Made by a program: the position numbers and the translations under genes
Shown here: piece by piece, positions 39,679 through 48,911 of the stretch
Position numbering within the stretch: the first letter of the stretch is position 1
How the letters are laid out: each line of letters opens with the position of its first letter
Assembly: GCA_044226015.1 (NCBI GenBank)
Contig: JBGAHS010000003.1
Coordinates: 448,001 to 512,000, forward strand
Origin: Candidatus Obscuribacteraceae bacterium
GTDB lineage: Bacteria > Cyanobacteriota > Vampirovibrionia > Obscuribacterales > Obscuribacteraceae
Length of the DNA: 64,000 nt
Direction of reading: 5' to 3'
Notes under the pieces: model-generated
The model's database searches: none
The model's input: only the letters and a program-made list of their open reading frames with translations
Told to the model about the DNA's origin: nothing

Positions 39679-41725
39679 AACACATTCTTTCGTGAAGGTG
39701 GGCACAGCTTCTCCACGAGTCAAAGTAGCCGATTGTTCCTACAATTCCAGTCAAATAATTGAATTACTGAAGCAAGCAGAGTCAGAAAAGATTTCGGTGC
39801 TCGTCTTTCCTGAGCTTTCAATCAGTTCATACACGTGTGCAGATTTATTTCAGCACGAAGTACTTTTGAATTCCAGCCTGGAGTCGCTGGCTCAGTTAGT
39901 TGAAGCAAGCAACAAGTTCTCTGGACTATTCTTTGTTGGCTTACCGCTCGTGGCGGACGACCAGTTATTCAATTGCGCTGTAGCCATCAATCAGGGCAGA
40001 ATTCTCGGAGTTGTGCCAAAATTATTCATTCCAAATTACAAAGAATTCTACGAGCGCCGCTGGTTTTCCTCAGGAAATAACACCTGCGTAGAAACTATAA
40101 ATCTCTTCGGAGAAGAAGTGCCCTTTGGCAAAAATTTGCTTTTTCAATCAAACCTCAATTCGAAACTTATAGTCGGGGTGGAAATTTGTGAAGACCTCTG
40201 GGTGCCCATTCCGCCAAGCTCTTACCAGGCACTAGCAGGCGCAACGATTTTGGTGAATCTTTCCGCCAGCAACGAACTCATCGGTAAATCTGGATATCGA
40301 AGGCAGCTGGTGTCGAATCAGTCGGCAAGATGCGTGGCAGCTTATGCGTATGCATCCTGCGGCACAGGTGAATCAAGCACCGATATTCTATTTAGTGGAC
40401 ATTGCCTGATCAGCGAAAACGGCACAACTCTTGCGGAAAACAAAAGGTTCGAAAGAGAAAACGTTCTTATTAGTACAGAGATTGACCTTGAGAGAATCAT
40501 GGTCGATCGAATTCGCCTCAATAGTTTCGCTGATAACAAAAGAGAATCCGCAACAGAGGCTCGATTTCGCAAGATTCCATTTAGGGACCCCAACCATTCT
40601 ATCAATCACTTAACTCGTTTCATCGATGCACACCCCTTCGTGCCACAGGGGCGAGAAACCCTTGCAGAGCGCTGCAACGAGATTTTCCACATTCAAGTTT
40701 CAGCTTTATGCAAGCGCATTGAACGTATTGGCGGTTCATCACTTGCGATAGGCGTATCTGGCGGATTGGATTCGACTCTATCCTTGCTTGTTTTATGCAA
40801 AGCCCTGGACCAACTAAAGATTCCGCGAACCCGCATCGAAGCCTTTACCCTACCAGGCTTCGGCACCACTGGAAGAACAAAAAACAATGCGCTTGCGTTG
40901 ATGGACCAACTTGGTATTAGAAGCAGAGAAGTTGATATCAGGCAATTATGCCTCGATGAATTTAAGGCACTGAAGCACAATCCTTTTGGCATTGCCATTG
41001 ACACAATCAGCAGCCTTGATGACTTGTCCAGTAAGCTTTCTCAGCTTCCAGAGAATAGTCAGGATTTAGTATTCGAAAATGTTCAAGCAAGAATGAGAAC
41101 TTCAATTCTTATGAATGCAGGCTTTGTTGTAGGAACAGGAGACCTCTCAGAACTGGCTCTGGGATGGTGCACTTATAACGCTGACCATATGAGCATGTAC
41201 AATCCCAACGCCAGTATTCCGAAGACTCTGGTCAAATTCCTTGTGGATTGGGCAGCCGATTTTGAATTCGACGACCAAGCCAGGAAAACCCTGAAAGACA
41301 TTGTAGCGACAGAGATATCACCTGAGCTGTTGCCGCCAGGAAAAGATGGGCAAATATCACAAAAGACCGAATCGAACGTAGGTCCTTATGAACTGAATGA
41401 CTTTATTCTGTTTCATGTTTTGCGATTTGGCATGTCACCGGAAAAGATATTCTTTCTGGCACAACAAGCCAGCTTCCATGAACCTTACAGCCGCGATGAT
41501 ATTGCAAAATGGTTGAAGTTATTTTTCAAGAGATTTTTTGCCAATCAATTTAAGCGCTCATGCCTTCCTGACGGACCCAAAGTGGGCTCTGTTAGCCTGT
41601 CTCCCAGAGGTGATTGGCGTATGCCGAGTGACGCCCAGGCAGAAGCATGGCTTGCATGGAACCCAGAAGATACGTTGGATTCCGTACAGCCAAAGGAATC
41701 AGTGAGCACAAGGAGACTGACATGA
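39665..41725 (+). CDS. nadE: Glutamine-dependent NAD+ synthetase
   Basis: FPEL, EFYERRWF, EICEDLW glutaminase domain; GVSGGLDS, ENVQARMRT, SPELLP synthetase domain. Confidence 0.97.
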   Translation: MPSNKTHSFVKVGTASPRVKVADCSYNSSQIIELLKQAESEKISVLVFPELSISSYTCADLFQHEVLLNSSLESLAQLVEASNKFSGLFFVGLPLVADDQLFNCAVAINQGRILGVVPKLFIPNYKEFYERRWFSSGNNTCVETINLFGEEVPFGKNLLFQSNLNSKLIVGVEICEDLWVPIPPSSYQALAGATILVNLSASNELIGKSGYRRQLVSNQSARCVAAYAYASCGTGESSTDILFSGHCLISENGTTLAENKRFERENVLISTEIDLERIMVDRIRLNSFADNKRESATEARFRKIPFRDPNHSINHLTRFIDAHPFVPQGRETLAERCNEIFHIQVSALCKRIERIGGSSLAIGVSGGLDSTLSLLVLCKALDQLKIPRTRIEAFTLPGFGTTGRTKNNALALMDQLGIRSREVDIRQLCLDEFKALKHNPFGIAIDTISSLDDLSSKLSQLPENSQDLVFENVQARMRTSILMNAGFVVGTGDLSELALGWCTYNADHMSMYNPNASIPKTLVKFLVDWAADFEFDDQARKTLKDIVATEISPELLPPGKDGQISQKTESNVGPYELNDFILFHVLRFGMSPEKIFFLAQQASFHEPYSRDDIAKWLKLFFKRFFANQFKRSCLPDGPKVGSVSLSPRGDWRMPSDAQAEAWLAWNPEDTLDSVQPKESVSTRRLT

Positions 41726-42369
41726 GCAAAGGCAAACGCGCTCTCGGTCTGGTAGATCCCATAAATGGATTCGCCTCAGCAAACTTCGGTGACGGAAAAG
41801 GACACTTTGCTGAACTCCCAGTTCCGGGTGGCGAAGAAGTGGGACCAGCAATCGGAGCTTTGCAAGAAAGCGGACTATATGATTTTTGCTTTGCCGGAAT
41901 AGACCGGCATCCGATGGATATGTTCAATTTTGCAAGCCAATGTCCCGACAAAACTCCTTATAAAGATAAGGTAGAAGACCGTGATGGAAAGCTGGCAGTA
42001 GTTTATCCCGACCATTGCCAGGAAGGCACATGGAGTGCTGATTTTCTGCCCGGCATCCGCAAAGACCTTATTGACGAGATATTTCCGAAAGGAACCGAAA
42101 GAGACAAAGACAGCCATTCCGTCTGCGGCAATGTGGCACTTATTCCACGGCTTAAGGAGCTTGGAATAACCGATGTTGATCTTGTTGGACTGGTTTTCCG
42201 CATTTGTGTCGGCTTTTCAGCTATTGATCTTGCTAAAGCAGGGTTCAATGTAAGGGTTATAAAAGACTGCACACGTGACCTTGATATGGCGGAATTCACT
42301 TTTGTCATTGATCAAATGAATGAGCTTGGTGTCGAAATAATTGAACGGATGGATCTGCAGAAAGCTTAG
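41722..42369 (+). CDS. pncA: Nicotinamidase/isochorismatase family cysteine hydrolase
   Basis: VDPINGF, DRHP, PDHC, KG, ICV catalytic Cys; ATGA overlap with nadE. Confidence 0.85.
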   Translation: MSKGKRALGLVDPINGFASANFGDGKGHFAELPVPGGEEVGPAIGALQESGLYDFCFAGIDRHPMDMFNFASQCPDKTPYKDKVEDRDGKLAVVYPDHCQEGTWSADFLPGIRKDLIDEIFPKGTERDKDSHSVCGNVALIPRLKELGITDVDLVGLVFRICVGFSAIDLAKAGFNVRVIKDCTRDLDMAEFTFVIDQMNELGVEIIERMDLQKA

Positions 42370-42838
42370 TCCAAATGCCGTTGAAATCTACCAGTGATAT
42401 TTTTCAGAAAGCTAGCGCGGACTAGCAAGTTTCTAATCCGAATCAGTAAATGATAGCTTCGCTCAACCTCGCAATCAGACAGATCTGCAATGTCTGGGCA
42501 TATCACCATGCAAAACAACAGAGAATATCACAAGGCAATCCCCAAAGCAGAGCCACAGCAGTCTTTTAGGGCTTCCAACGCTGATTAGGGAATAGCGGAC
42601 ATCTTTTCTAGATTTAGTTATCTCCGTTTTTTCCGTTTCTGTTTTAGAGGTCCCTGGTCACAATCAATTCAGACCAAGAAAGCAAGTATCCAAGCCGCAC
42701 CTTCCGCGACCTGGGTTCTTGTGACCTCTAAAAAGTACTTCGAGCGCGGCGCTCGTCGTACGGATTCGGCTGTGCAAATCCCACTGTGGGACGTTGCGCA
42801 CGGGGGAAACACCTATTTTCTCGAAAGGCTCGAAACCT

Positions 42839-43813
42839 ATGACGACCACCACCAACACCACCAAGGGCAAGACCGTGGACCAGAACAACGTCGTGAAGAC
42901 CGGTGACATGATCGAAAAGGCCATCGTCACCAGCAAGATCGACCGCGCTGTCGTTCTCAGCTACACCCACAACGGCCGCAAGTGCACCGGCGTGATGCAC
43001 GTCAGCCAGTTCCCCGCGCTCGAAATCCCGCAGCGTGACCAGATGTTCGCGGACACCAACGTGAACAGCGAGTTTACCAACCTCCTGGCGGAAGTCGAAC
43101 CCGCCGACAAGTCGAAGGGCCGCCGCTTCACCTCGGTTCGCCTCTCAGGCCGCGCCCCGCTCGAGCAGGCGGCCAAGGAGAAGCGCGAGCAGGCGCAGGT
43201 CCAACGCCGTCAGCGAGAGAGCGCCCATGCCGAAGCCGTGAAAGCGGTCCAAGGCAAGGTCGTGCTGGCGACCATCAAGGAACTCGCCTTCTCCAAGGAC
43301 CCGGAGACCAAGAAGGAGACCGACCACTGCTACGGCGCCTTCCTCAAGGTGGAAGTCGACGGCGTCGAAGTCAGCGGGCTGCTCCACACCAGCCGCATGA
43401 CGGGCAAGGCGCGAGTGGAACGCCTGCTGGAAGTGTTCGCTCAAGCTGGCACCCTGGAAGTCATCGCCACGCAGACGGACAAGGGGCTGTCTTTCTCGGA
43501 GCAGGACGTGCAGAAGGTCAAGGAAGAAGCCCATCAGCAGACGGAGCGTGAGTCCTTCCTGAGCTGCATCCGCGAAGCGCTGGCCAACGGCAACGCGGAC
43601 AAGATGCAATTCCCCGCCAAGGTGACGGAAAACCGACTGCCGTCGGGCGGTGGCGTCAGCTGTGTGGCCTGCGGCACTTGCGTGGAAGTCTCCTCGGAAG
43701 ACCTCGACATTCCGGCGAACAACATGCGTGGCAACGGTCACACCGTCAAACTGGTGCCCATCAGCGTCGAAGGCGAAGTCGTCCGCGCGAAGCGCTTCGT
43801 CAAAAGCAAGTAA
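42839..43813 (+). CDS. Multi-S1-domain RNA-binding protein (divergent bS1-like)
   Basis: KTGDMI...GVMHVSQF and GKVVLATI...YGAFLKV...SGLLHTSRM are S1/OB signatures; possible third degenerate OB fold. Confidence 0.7.
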   Translation: MTTTTNTTKGKTVDQNNVVKTGDMIEKAIVTSKIDRAVVLSYTHNGRKCTGVMHVSQFPALEIPQRDQMFADTNVNSEFTNLLAEVEPADKSKGRRFTSVRLSGRAPLEQAAKEKREQAQVQRRQRESAHAEAVKAVQGKVVLATIKELAFSKDPETKKETDHCYGAFLKVEVDGVEVSGLLHTSRMTGKARVERLLEVFAQAGTLEVIATQTDKGLSFSEQDVQKVKEEAHQQTERESFLSCIREALANGNADKMQFPAKVTENRLPSGGGVSCVACGTCVEVSSEDLDIPANNMRGNGHTVKLVPISVEGEVVRAKRFVKSK

Positions 43814-43890
43814 GCCGCAAGGCTGAGTAGGCTCAATGAGTCTACGGGGGTGGAGGTCTGGCGCAAGCCAGACCCTCGCCCTTCTTGCTT
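43814..43890 (+). terminator. Three-hairpin 3' end, two with GCAA tetraloops
   Basis: gcc-gcaa-ggc; gtaggctc/gagtctac; ggtctggc-gcaa-gccagacc followed by a T-rich tail. Confidence 0.7.
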
Positions 43891-44091
43891 AACGCTCGTT
43901 TTACTATGCTAAATAGTATTTCAAGCGACCGTTCAAAATAAACGATTCTGTCCCAAACTTAGTTGAAATTCAGATGCCCTCCTCACAGGCACAGGCCTGA
44001 TACGGTTTCAGGTCTCTAACATCTTCAACCTGAGGAGATCATGGGAAGATCATCCCTGGAAGGCGTTGTAACTGTCAATGCGCATCCCGCG

Positions 44092-44799
44092 TTACCAGGA
44101 AATCTGAGCATCATTTGCAATTTCGCTAGAGGCGAATTTTCGTTCAGCTTCCAGATTTTTCACGCCTTTGATTTTCCCCTCATCCAGAGTGACCAGCATA
44201 TCAGCAAGATTCACGGCCTCAGTGGTCAAATGGGTCACGATAAGCATTGGAATATCAAGGCTTCGCTGAACTGATTTGAGCTCCTCGCCCAGCTCGAGGC
44301 GCAATTCAGGGTCAAGCGCACTGAAAGGTTCGTCTAGCAAAATTATCCTCGGCTCAGGCGCCAGTGCTCGAGCAAGAGCAACACGCTGCTGCTGCCCGCC
44401 GGAAAGCTGCGAAATCCTCCTATCTCCTAAACCTTCGAGCTTCATTTTTTCAAGCAAAAATTGCAATCGTTCTTGACGCACTTTTTCTTTTTGCGCCTCT
44501 ATTCCAAAACAAATGTTCTGTGCAACATTCAAATGAGGAAACAAAGCAAGGTCCTGCATTACGTAGGCACAGCGACGCTTTTGCACTTCTAAATTGAATC
44601 GCTTAGTTGATTCAAAATACGCTAATTCATCGAGAAATATGCTTCCGGAATTCGGTTTTCGTAAGCCAGCGATACAGTTTAGCAAACTTGATTTGCCACT
44701 TCCCGAGGGTCCCATAATCACGGTAAGGGCAGCGGGCAATTGCAGATTTACATCAAGAACAAAATTGATTACCGAATAATTGAAGTTGAGCTTGAGCAC
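44092..44799 (-). CDS. modC: Molybdate ABC transporter ATP-binding protein
   Basis: GPSGSGKS, LSGGQQQR, LLDEPF; GTG start overlaps the modB stop. Confidence 0.9.
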   Translation of the reverse strand: MLKLNFNYSVINFVLDVNLQLPAALTVIMGPSGSGKSSLLNCIAGLRKPNSGSIFLDELAYFESTKRFNLEVQKRRCAYVMQDLALFPHLNVAQNICFGIEAQKEKVRQERLQFLLEKMKLEGLGDRRISQLSGGQQQRVALARALAPEPRIILLDEPFSALDPELRLELGEELKSVQRSLDIPMLIVTHLTTEAVNLADMLVTLDEGKIKGVKNLEAERKFASSEIANDAQISW

Positions 44800-45458
44800 T
44801 ACCAGCGCCCTCCCAACTTGTTCGAAAGCAAAACAACAGCAAGGCAAAACAGACTTAGAACAACTACCAACAAATAAACCAGGGAAGTTTCACCTGTTTG
44901 CGTTGCTTGATAAATAAGCAGAGGAATAGTTTGGGTCTTCCCAGGAATGTTTCCCGCAACCATGAGTGTTGCGCCGAATTCGCCTATTGCTCGGGTGAAA
45001 GTCAAAGCAAGACCTGCAAGCAATCCCTTTGCAGCAAGTGGAACAGAGACCCTGAAGAAAGATTCCACAGGCGACTTCCCGAGGGTTAGAGAAACCATCT
45101 CCAGATTAGCATCAACACTTTCAAAAGCAGCCCTGGATGTTTTTACCATCAATGGTAATGAGACCAAAACTGAAGCCAGAACAGCGGCCTGCCAGGTAAA
45201 AATGGGTGTCCATCCACTAAGGTGAAACAACAATCGACCAACAAGACCTTGCTTTCCCAAAAGTTCAAGCAGAAAGAAACCTAATACCGTTGGCGGCAGA
45301 ACAAGCGGAAGAACACAGATCGCATCAAGAAGATCCTTCATAGGAAATTCCTTTCGTGCAAGAATGTACCCCAGTAGCGTACCGCCACAAGCGACAATTA
45401 GCGTGGACAAGCATGCAATTAGCAGTGACAAGTTCAGAGAAAAAAGTACATCACTCAC
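44799..45458 (-). CDS. modB: Molybdate ABC transporter permease
   Basis: LPLVLPPTVLG, RAIGEFGATLMVAGNIPGKTQT. Confidence 0.95.
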   Translation of the reverse strand: MSDVLFSLNLSLLIACLSTLIVACGGTLLGYILARKEFPMKDLLDAICVLPLVLPPTVLGFFLLELLGKQGLVGRLLFHLSGWTPIFTWQAAVLASVLVSLPLMVKTSRAAFESVDANLEMVSLTLGKSPVESFFRVSVPLAAKGLLAGLALTFTRAIGEFGATLMVAGNIPGKTQTIPLLIYQATQTGETSLVYLLVVVLSLFCLAVVLLSNKLGGRW

Positions 45459-46222
45459 TTCCCAAACCCTCGAGACTGAAAGATTTTCTGTCCGTTTTCC
45501 GAAAGAACAAAGTCCTCAAACAGCTTTGCAAGCGCCTCTCGCTTAGATCTCTTGGTAATAGAAATTAGATATTGAACTTCGGGAACATCATCTTTTTCAA
45601 ATTTCAAAACAGCATGCACCTTATCATTTGATTGAAGATCCGTTTGATAAACGACGCCCGCATCTACGTTTCCAGATTCAACAAAACTAACAACCTGGCG
45701 ATCGTTTTCGGCAAATACAAGTCTTTTCCTTTCTGACATTTCGCTGAAGACTCCGCGACTGCGCAACCCTTTTTCAGCGTACGCCCCGACAGGAACTGTC
45801 TTTGGGTTTCCAATCGCGAGTAATCGTGCGGACCTGAGCTCATCGAAACTCCTAAAGTTTTTGGACATTGGAGCTGCAACCACAATTTCATTGGAGGCAC
45901 ATTTTCTAATATCATTTTTTCGCACAAATCCATCATGTTCTAATTTTTGCATGCTCTCATTCGACGCACTCATAAAGACATCAACTGGAGCACCTTCCGC
46001 AATTTGCTGAGCGAGCTGACCCGATGAAGCAAAGTTACAAACAAGCTCAGAGCCTGGGTGCTTCTTTTCAAAACTCTGCTTCATTTCTTGCACAACTTCT
46101 TTCAAACTAATTGCTGCCGACAAATAGAGCTCATCACGATGCGGCTCAGAGCTGCAGGCACTCAAGCCTGTTAAGAAAACAAGCAAAGTGATAGAAAGTG
46201 CTCGGCATTGACTTAAACTCAC
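45455..46222 (-). CDS. modA: Molybdate ABC transporter substrate-binding lipoprotein
   Basis: Lipobox LSAC, AAISL, FASSGQL, GAPVDVFMSA, VPVGAYA. Confidence 0.95.
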   Translation of the reverse strand: MSLSQCRALSITLLVFLTGLSACSSEPHRDELYLSAAISLKEVVQEMKQSFEKKHPGSELVCNFASSGQLAQQIAEGAPVDVFMSASNESMQKLEHDGFVRKNDIRKCASNEIVVAAPMSKNFRSFDELRSARLLAIGNPKTVPVGAYAEKGLRSRGVFSEMSERKRLVFAENDRQVVSFVESGNVDAGVVYQTDLQSNDKVHAVLKFEKDDVPEVQYLISITKRSKREALAKLFEDFVLSENGQKIFQSRGFGK

Positions 46223-46306
46223 CGCGCTATTTTACCGCGCAAATACCACTAACAACTTCTACTATAGCAATACGTACCAACAAGAAAATGGAAAACAAGG
46301 AAAAAG

Positions 46307-46358
46307 CGGCTCGACTACCACATATGCTGCAGACTTTGCAGAATGTGGTAGTCGAGCC
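46307..46358 (-). terminator. Long hairpin downstream of the serpin gene
   Basis: ggctcgactaccacat/atgtggtagtcgagcc with a U run on the minus strand. Confidence 0.7.
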
Positions 46359-46364
46359 ATAGCA

Positions 46365-47516
46365 TTACGCCGCGTCGTTGATGTACCCGGCTAGATTGAT
46401 AGTTTCCGACAGGTCATCCCTGACAAAGAAGCAGAACGGTCGATCAGCCTTGAGATGGAACGGCATGCCGCCCATGATGAGCCGCGACTTCACACGCACC
46501 GTATTCGGTGCCGGCGGACCACTCAACAGCTCTGCCGCACGCTCATCGATTTCGACGACGGTCTTGTGCTTGAGCAGAAGCCGCTGGGCGTCAGCTCCTT
46601 TGAAGAGTGCTGAGAAGTCTGACGAGGAGGGGTCGAAGATTTCCTCCACGCCAAGTCGCTTCAAGCTATCGTTGAGAGTGCTTGAATACTCAGTTTTGAA
46701 GCGCGGAAGATGTACACGTCCAGGCGTGTTGCTGAACTTCTTGAACACCTTGCTGAATTCCATATCTGCAAGATCAGCTAGCATCCGCTCCATTCCGAAC
46801 TCGCCGTCAGCAAGTGGCAAAAACAGATATAGCGCGAAGCGCCCTGAGAGTCCATAAGGAAGCCTCACGGCTTGATATTTCAGGTTGCCGTGATAGTTGA
46901 AACTTCCTTGCTTGAACATCAGAGAGCATTTCGATTCGCTTCCATCTAGACGAAGGAAACGGCATCGCTCAGTCAGAGCCGGGTCAAAGCCCGAGGTCCA
47001 GAGACCATGAAAGTAGACAGCATCAAGCATTATCATCTGCGCACCATCACTGGCACCATCTAAGGCACTAATGACAGAAGGAATTTTTCCCTGTGTGCGC
47101 TGACAGATGAAAGAGTTCATCAGCAACGGCGCCGATGGATCATCGAGGTCGAGAAGCCTGATGCGAGCATCAAAGTATTGCTGGGCACGACTGGCGAACT
47201 TGGGCTTCACCGCCGAACCTCTGCAAGCGATGAGACTGCTTGCAAGTTGAAGGTCAAGCTCAGGCTCAGTAGTCAGAGACGCGCGCAATTGCGCAAATGT
47301 CTCGTTGATGCCTCTCAGACTGCGCCCAGGTCCGAACCCGAGTGCCGAAGCAGTTTCCCTGCGGGCAGAGCCACGACTTCCATTGAGAATCAGCCCCAGA
47401 GCAAGAGACACGCTCAAAGGGGAAACCACTACGTTGTGCCCAGGGTGCAGCTCGCGCTCGGCTCGAAGAAGAGCGAGAGCAAACTCATCTGTGACACCAG
47501 TGTTGTGTGTATTCAT
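46365..47516 (-). CDS. Serpin-family protein with non-canonical hinge
   Basis: NVVVSPLS, TQGKI, YFHGLW, RLPY, LPRFK, HKTVVEIDE, ADRPF; GGAGG RBS. Confidence 0.9.
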   Translation of the reverse strand: MNTHNTGVTDEFALALLRAERELHPGHNVVVSPLSVSLALGLILNGSRGSARRETASALGFGPGRSLRGINETFAQLRASLTTEPELDLQLASSLIACRGSAVKPKFASRAQQYFDARIRLLDLDDPSAPLLMNSFICQRTQGKIPSVISALDGASDGAQMIMLDAVYFHGLWTSGFDPALTERCRFLRLDGSESKCSLMFKQGSFNYHGNLKYQAVRLPYGLSGRFALYLFLPLADGEFGMERMLADLADMEFSKVFKKFSNTPGRVHLPRFKTEYSSTLNDSLKRLGVEEIFDPSSSDFSALFKGADAQRLLLKHKTVVEIDERAAELLSGPPAPNTVRVKSRLIMGGMPFHLKADRPFCFFVRDDLSETINLAGYINDAA

Positions 47517-47549
47517 ATAACCTCCAGGTTGAGACAGCGACACAGCCGT

Positions 47550-48116
47550 TTACTCGGCTGCTTCGCATTTGAGACTGTTGCCATCAAAGCTGATCACCAG
47601 ACATTCCCCGACGCGCTCCCCGCCGAAGCAGAACCATTTGCGACTGAAACGAAATGCGTGGAATGGTCTAGCAACAGCGATTTCGACCAGCGCAAGCTCT
47701 TCGTTTCCGAAGAGATCATCAGTGCTTCGGCGTATGCGAACATGGACACAATTTCCAAGTTCGTACTGAACTCTACTGAACGCACCACGACTGACATCAA
47801 GCCATACAAGAGCAGACTTGCACTCAACCTCACGTTCTGGAAGCAGCCAGAGTGTGCCGTTGGGACGCCGTGATATGGAAGCTCGGTTGATCACAACAGA
47901 ATCGACATCCTTAGCAGGATGTCGGCAGGTCGCGTAGAGTTCAGAGCTGAGAAAAAGGTTTACCCCCGGAATGACCTCGCAATCAGGCTTCGCCTGATGC
48001 ACCACAATGCCTTCTTCTGCCGTTGGATAAACCTCCGGAACGACGAAAGACACCGGGCGAAAGAGAGAAGGAACACTGAGAATCTGGCGCGAAGCCACTA
48101 AGCTGAAGCATTTCAT
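47550..48116 (-). CDS. Hypothetical protein (188 aa)
   Basis: GGAGG RBS before MKCFSLV; co-oriented upstream of the serpin. Confidence 0.65.
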   Translation of the reverse strand: MKCFSLVASRQILSVPSLFRPVSFVVPEVYPTAEEGIVVHQAKPDCEVIPGVNLFLSSELYATCRHPAKDVDSVVINRASISRRPNGTLWLLPEREVECKSALVWLDVSRGAFSRVQYELGNCVHVRIRRSTDDLFGNEELALVEIAVARPFHAFRFSRKWFCFGGERVGECLVISFDGNSLKCEAAE

Positions 48117-48284
48117 ACTCGTCCTCCTGCCGAGCGACTGGCTCGGCAATTAGGGTAAAGAACGACATACACAGCTCTTCCGCTCAATAAATGAGTCAGA
48201 AGAAAAGTGAATTGAGTCAATCAAATTACGGTGTGTGTGTGTGTATGTGCCTGAGAAAGAAAGAAAACGAAATATAGACAGCAA

Positions 48285-48314
48285 AAACTACAAAAATGCC
48301 AGCGCTCTCTTCAA
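48285..48314 (-). promoter_or_regulatory. Putative promoter TTGAAG-N18-TAGTTT
   Basis: 18-bp spacing; followed by a G-poor leader containing (CA)n. Confidence 0.5.
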
Positions 48315-48867
48315 GCTCTACAACGAGAGGTTAAGCTTGCACAGCCAGTCTTCAGATTTCCTTCAACCAAAACAAGGAAATGATACAAAGACTATTTTCG
48401 CAAAGCTCGATTTACATTTCGATTCAACAAATGTAAAAACGGCATAAAAACAAAGAAGGAGACAAGCCCTCACAGGAAGCCTCCACAATACTTTTGGGCA
48501 TTAGAAGAGAATGCTTAATATCAAAATGTAAACGCGACGGTTGTTGAGCAAAAACAGCAACAGACTTCGATAATCTCTAAGAGAGCTAGTGCCACCATCT
48601 TTGCGCAAACTTCTTCACAAGCCGAAATAGAGCCGTCCAGAAAGCGGCTGAATCATGAATCAAAAGCAATACAATACATTAGCAAAGCGGAAAAGATTTA
48701 AGCACCTGAAGAGCGCTCAGCAGAGTTTCAATCAAGCACGCAAGCTTTAATGGCAATGCTAACCCGAACGCCAGCGCTCGCCTCCAAACCTCCTAAGACA
48801 TAAGGCACCGAGCTTTACGGAAACCGAAGACACCTACTACAACCAGTAGCATGAACTAAACCAACAA

Positions 48868-48905
48868 AAAAAAGAGGGAAAGAGCATCATGCTCTTTCCC
48901 TCTTC
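48868..48905 (-). terminator. Intrinsic terminator
   Basis: aagagggaaagagcat/atgctctttccctctt stem with a U run on the minus strand. Confidence 0.85.
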
Positions 48906-48911
48906 CTTAAC

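Noticed and set aside
48230..48249. (GT)n microsatellite
   Set aside because: Short; better explained as part of the G-poor, CA-rich leader on the minus strand than as a phase-variation tract.
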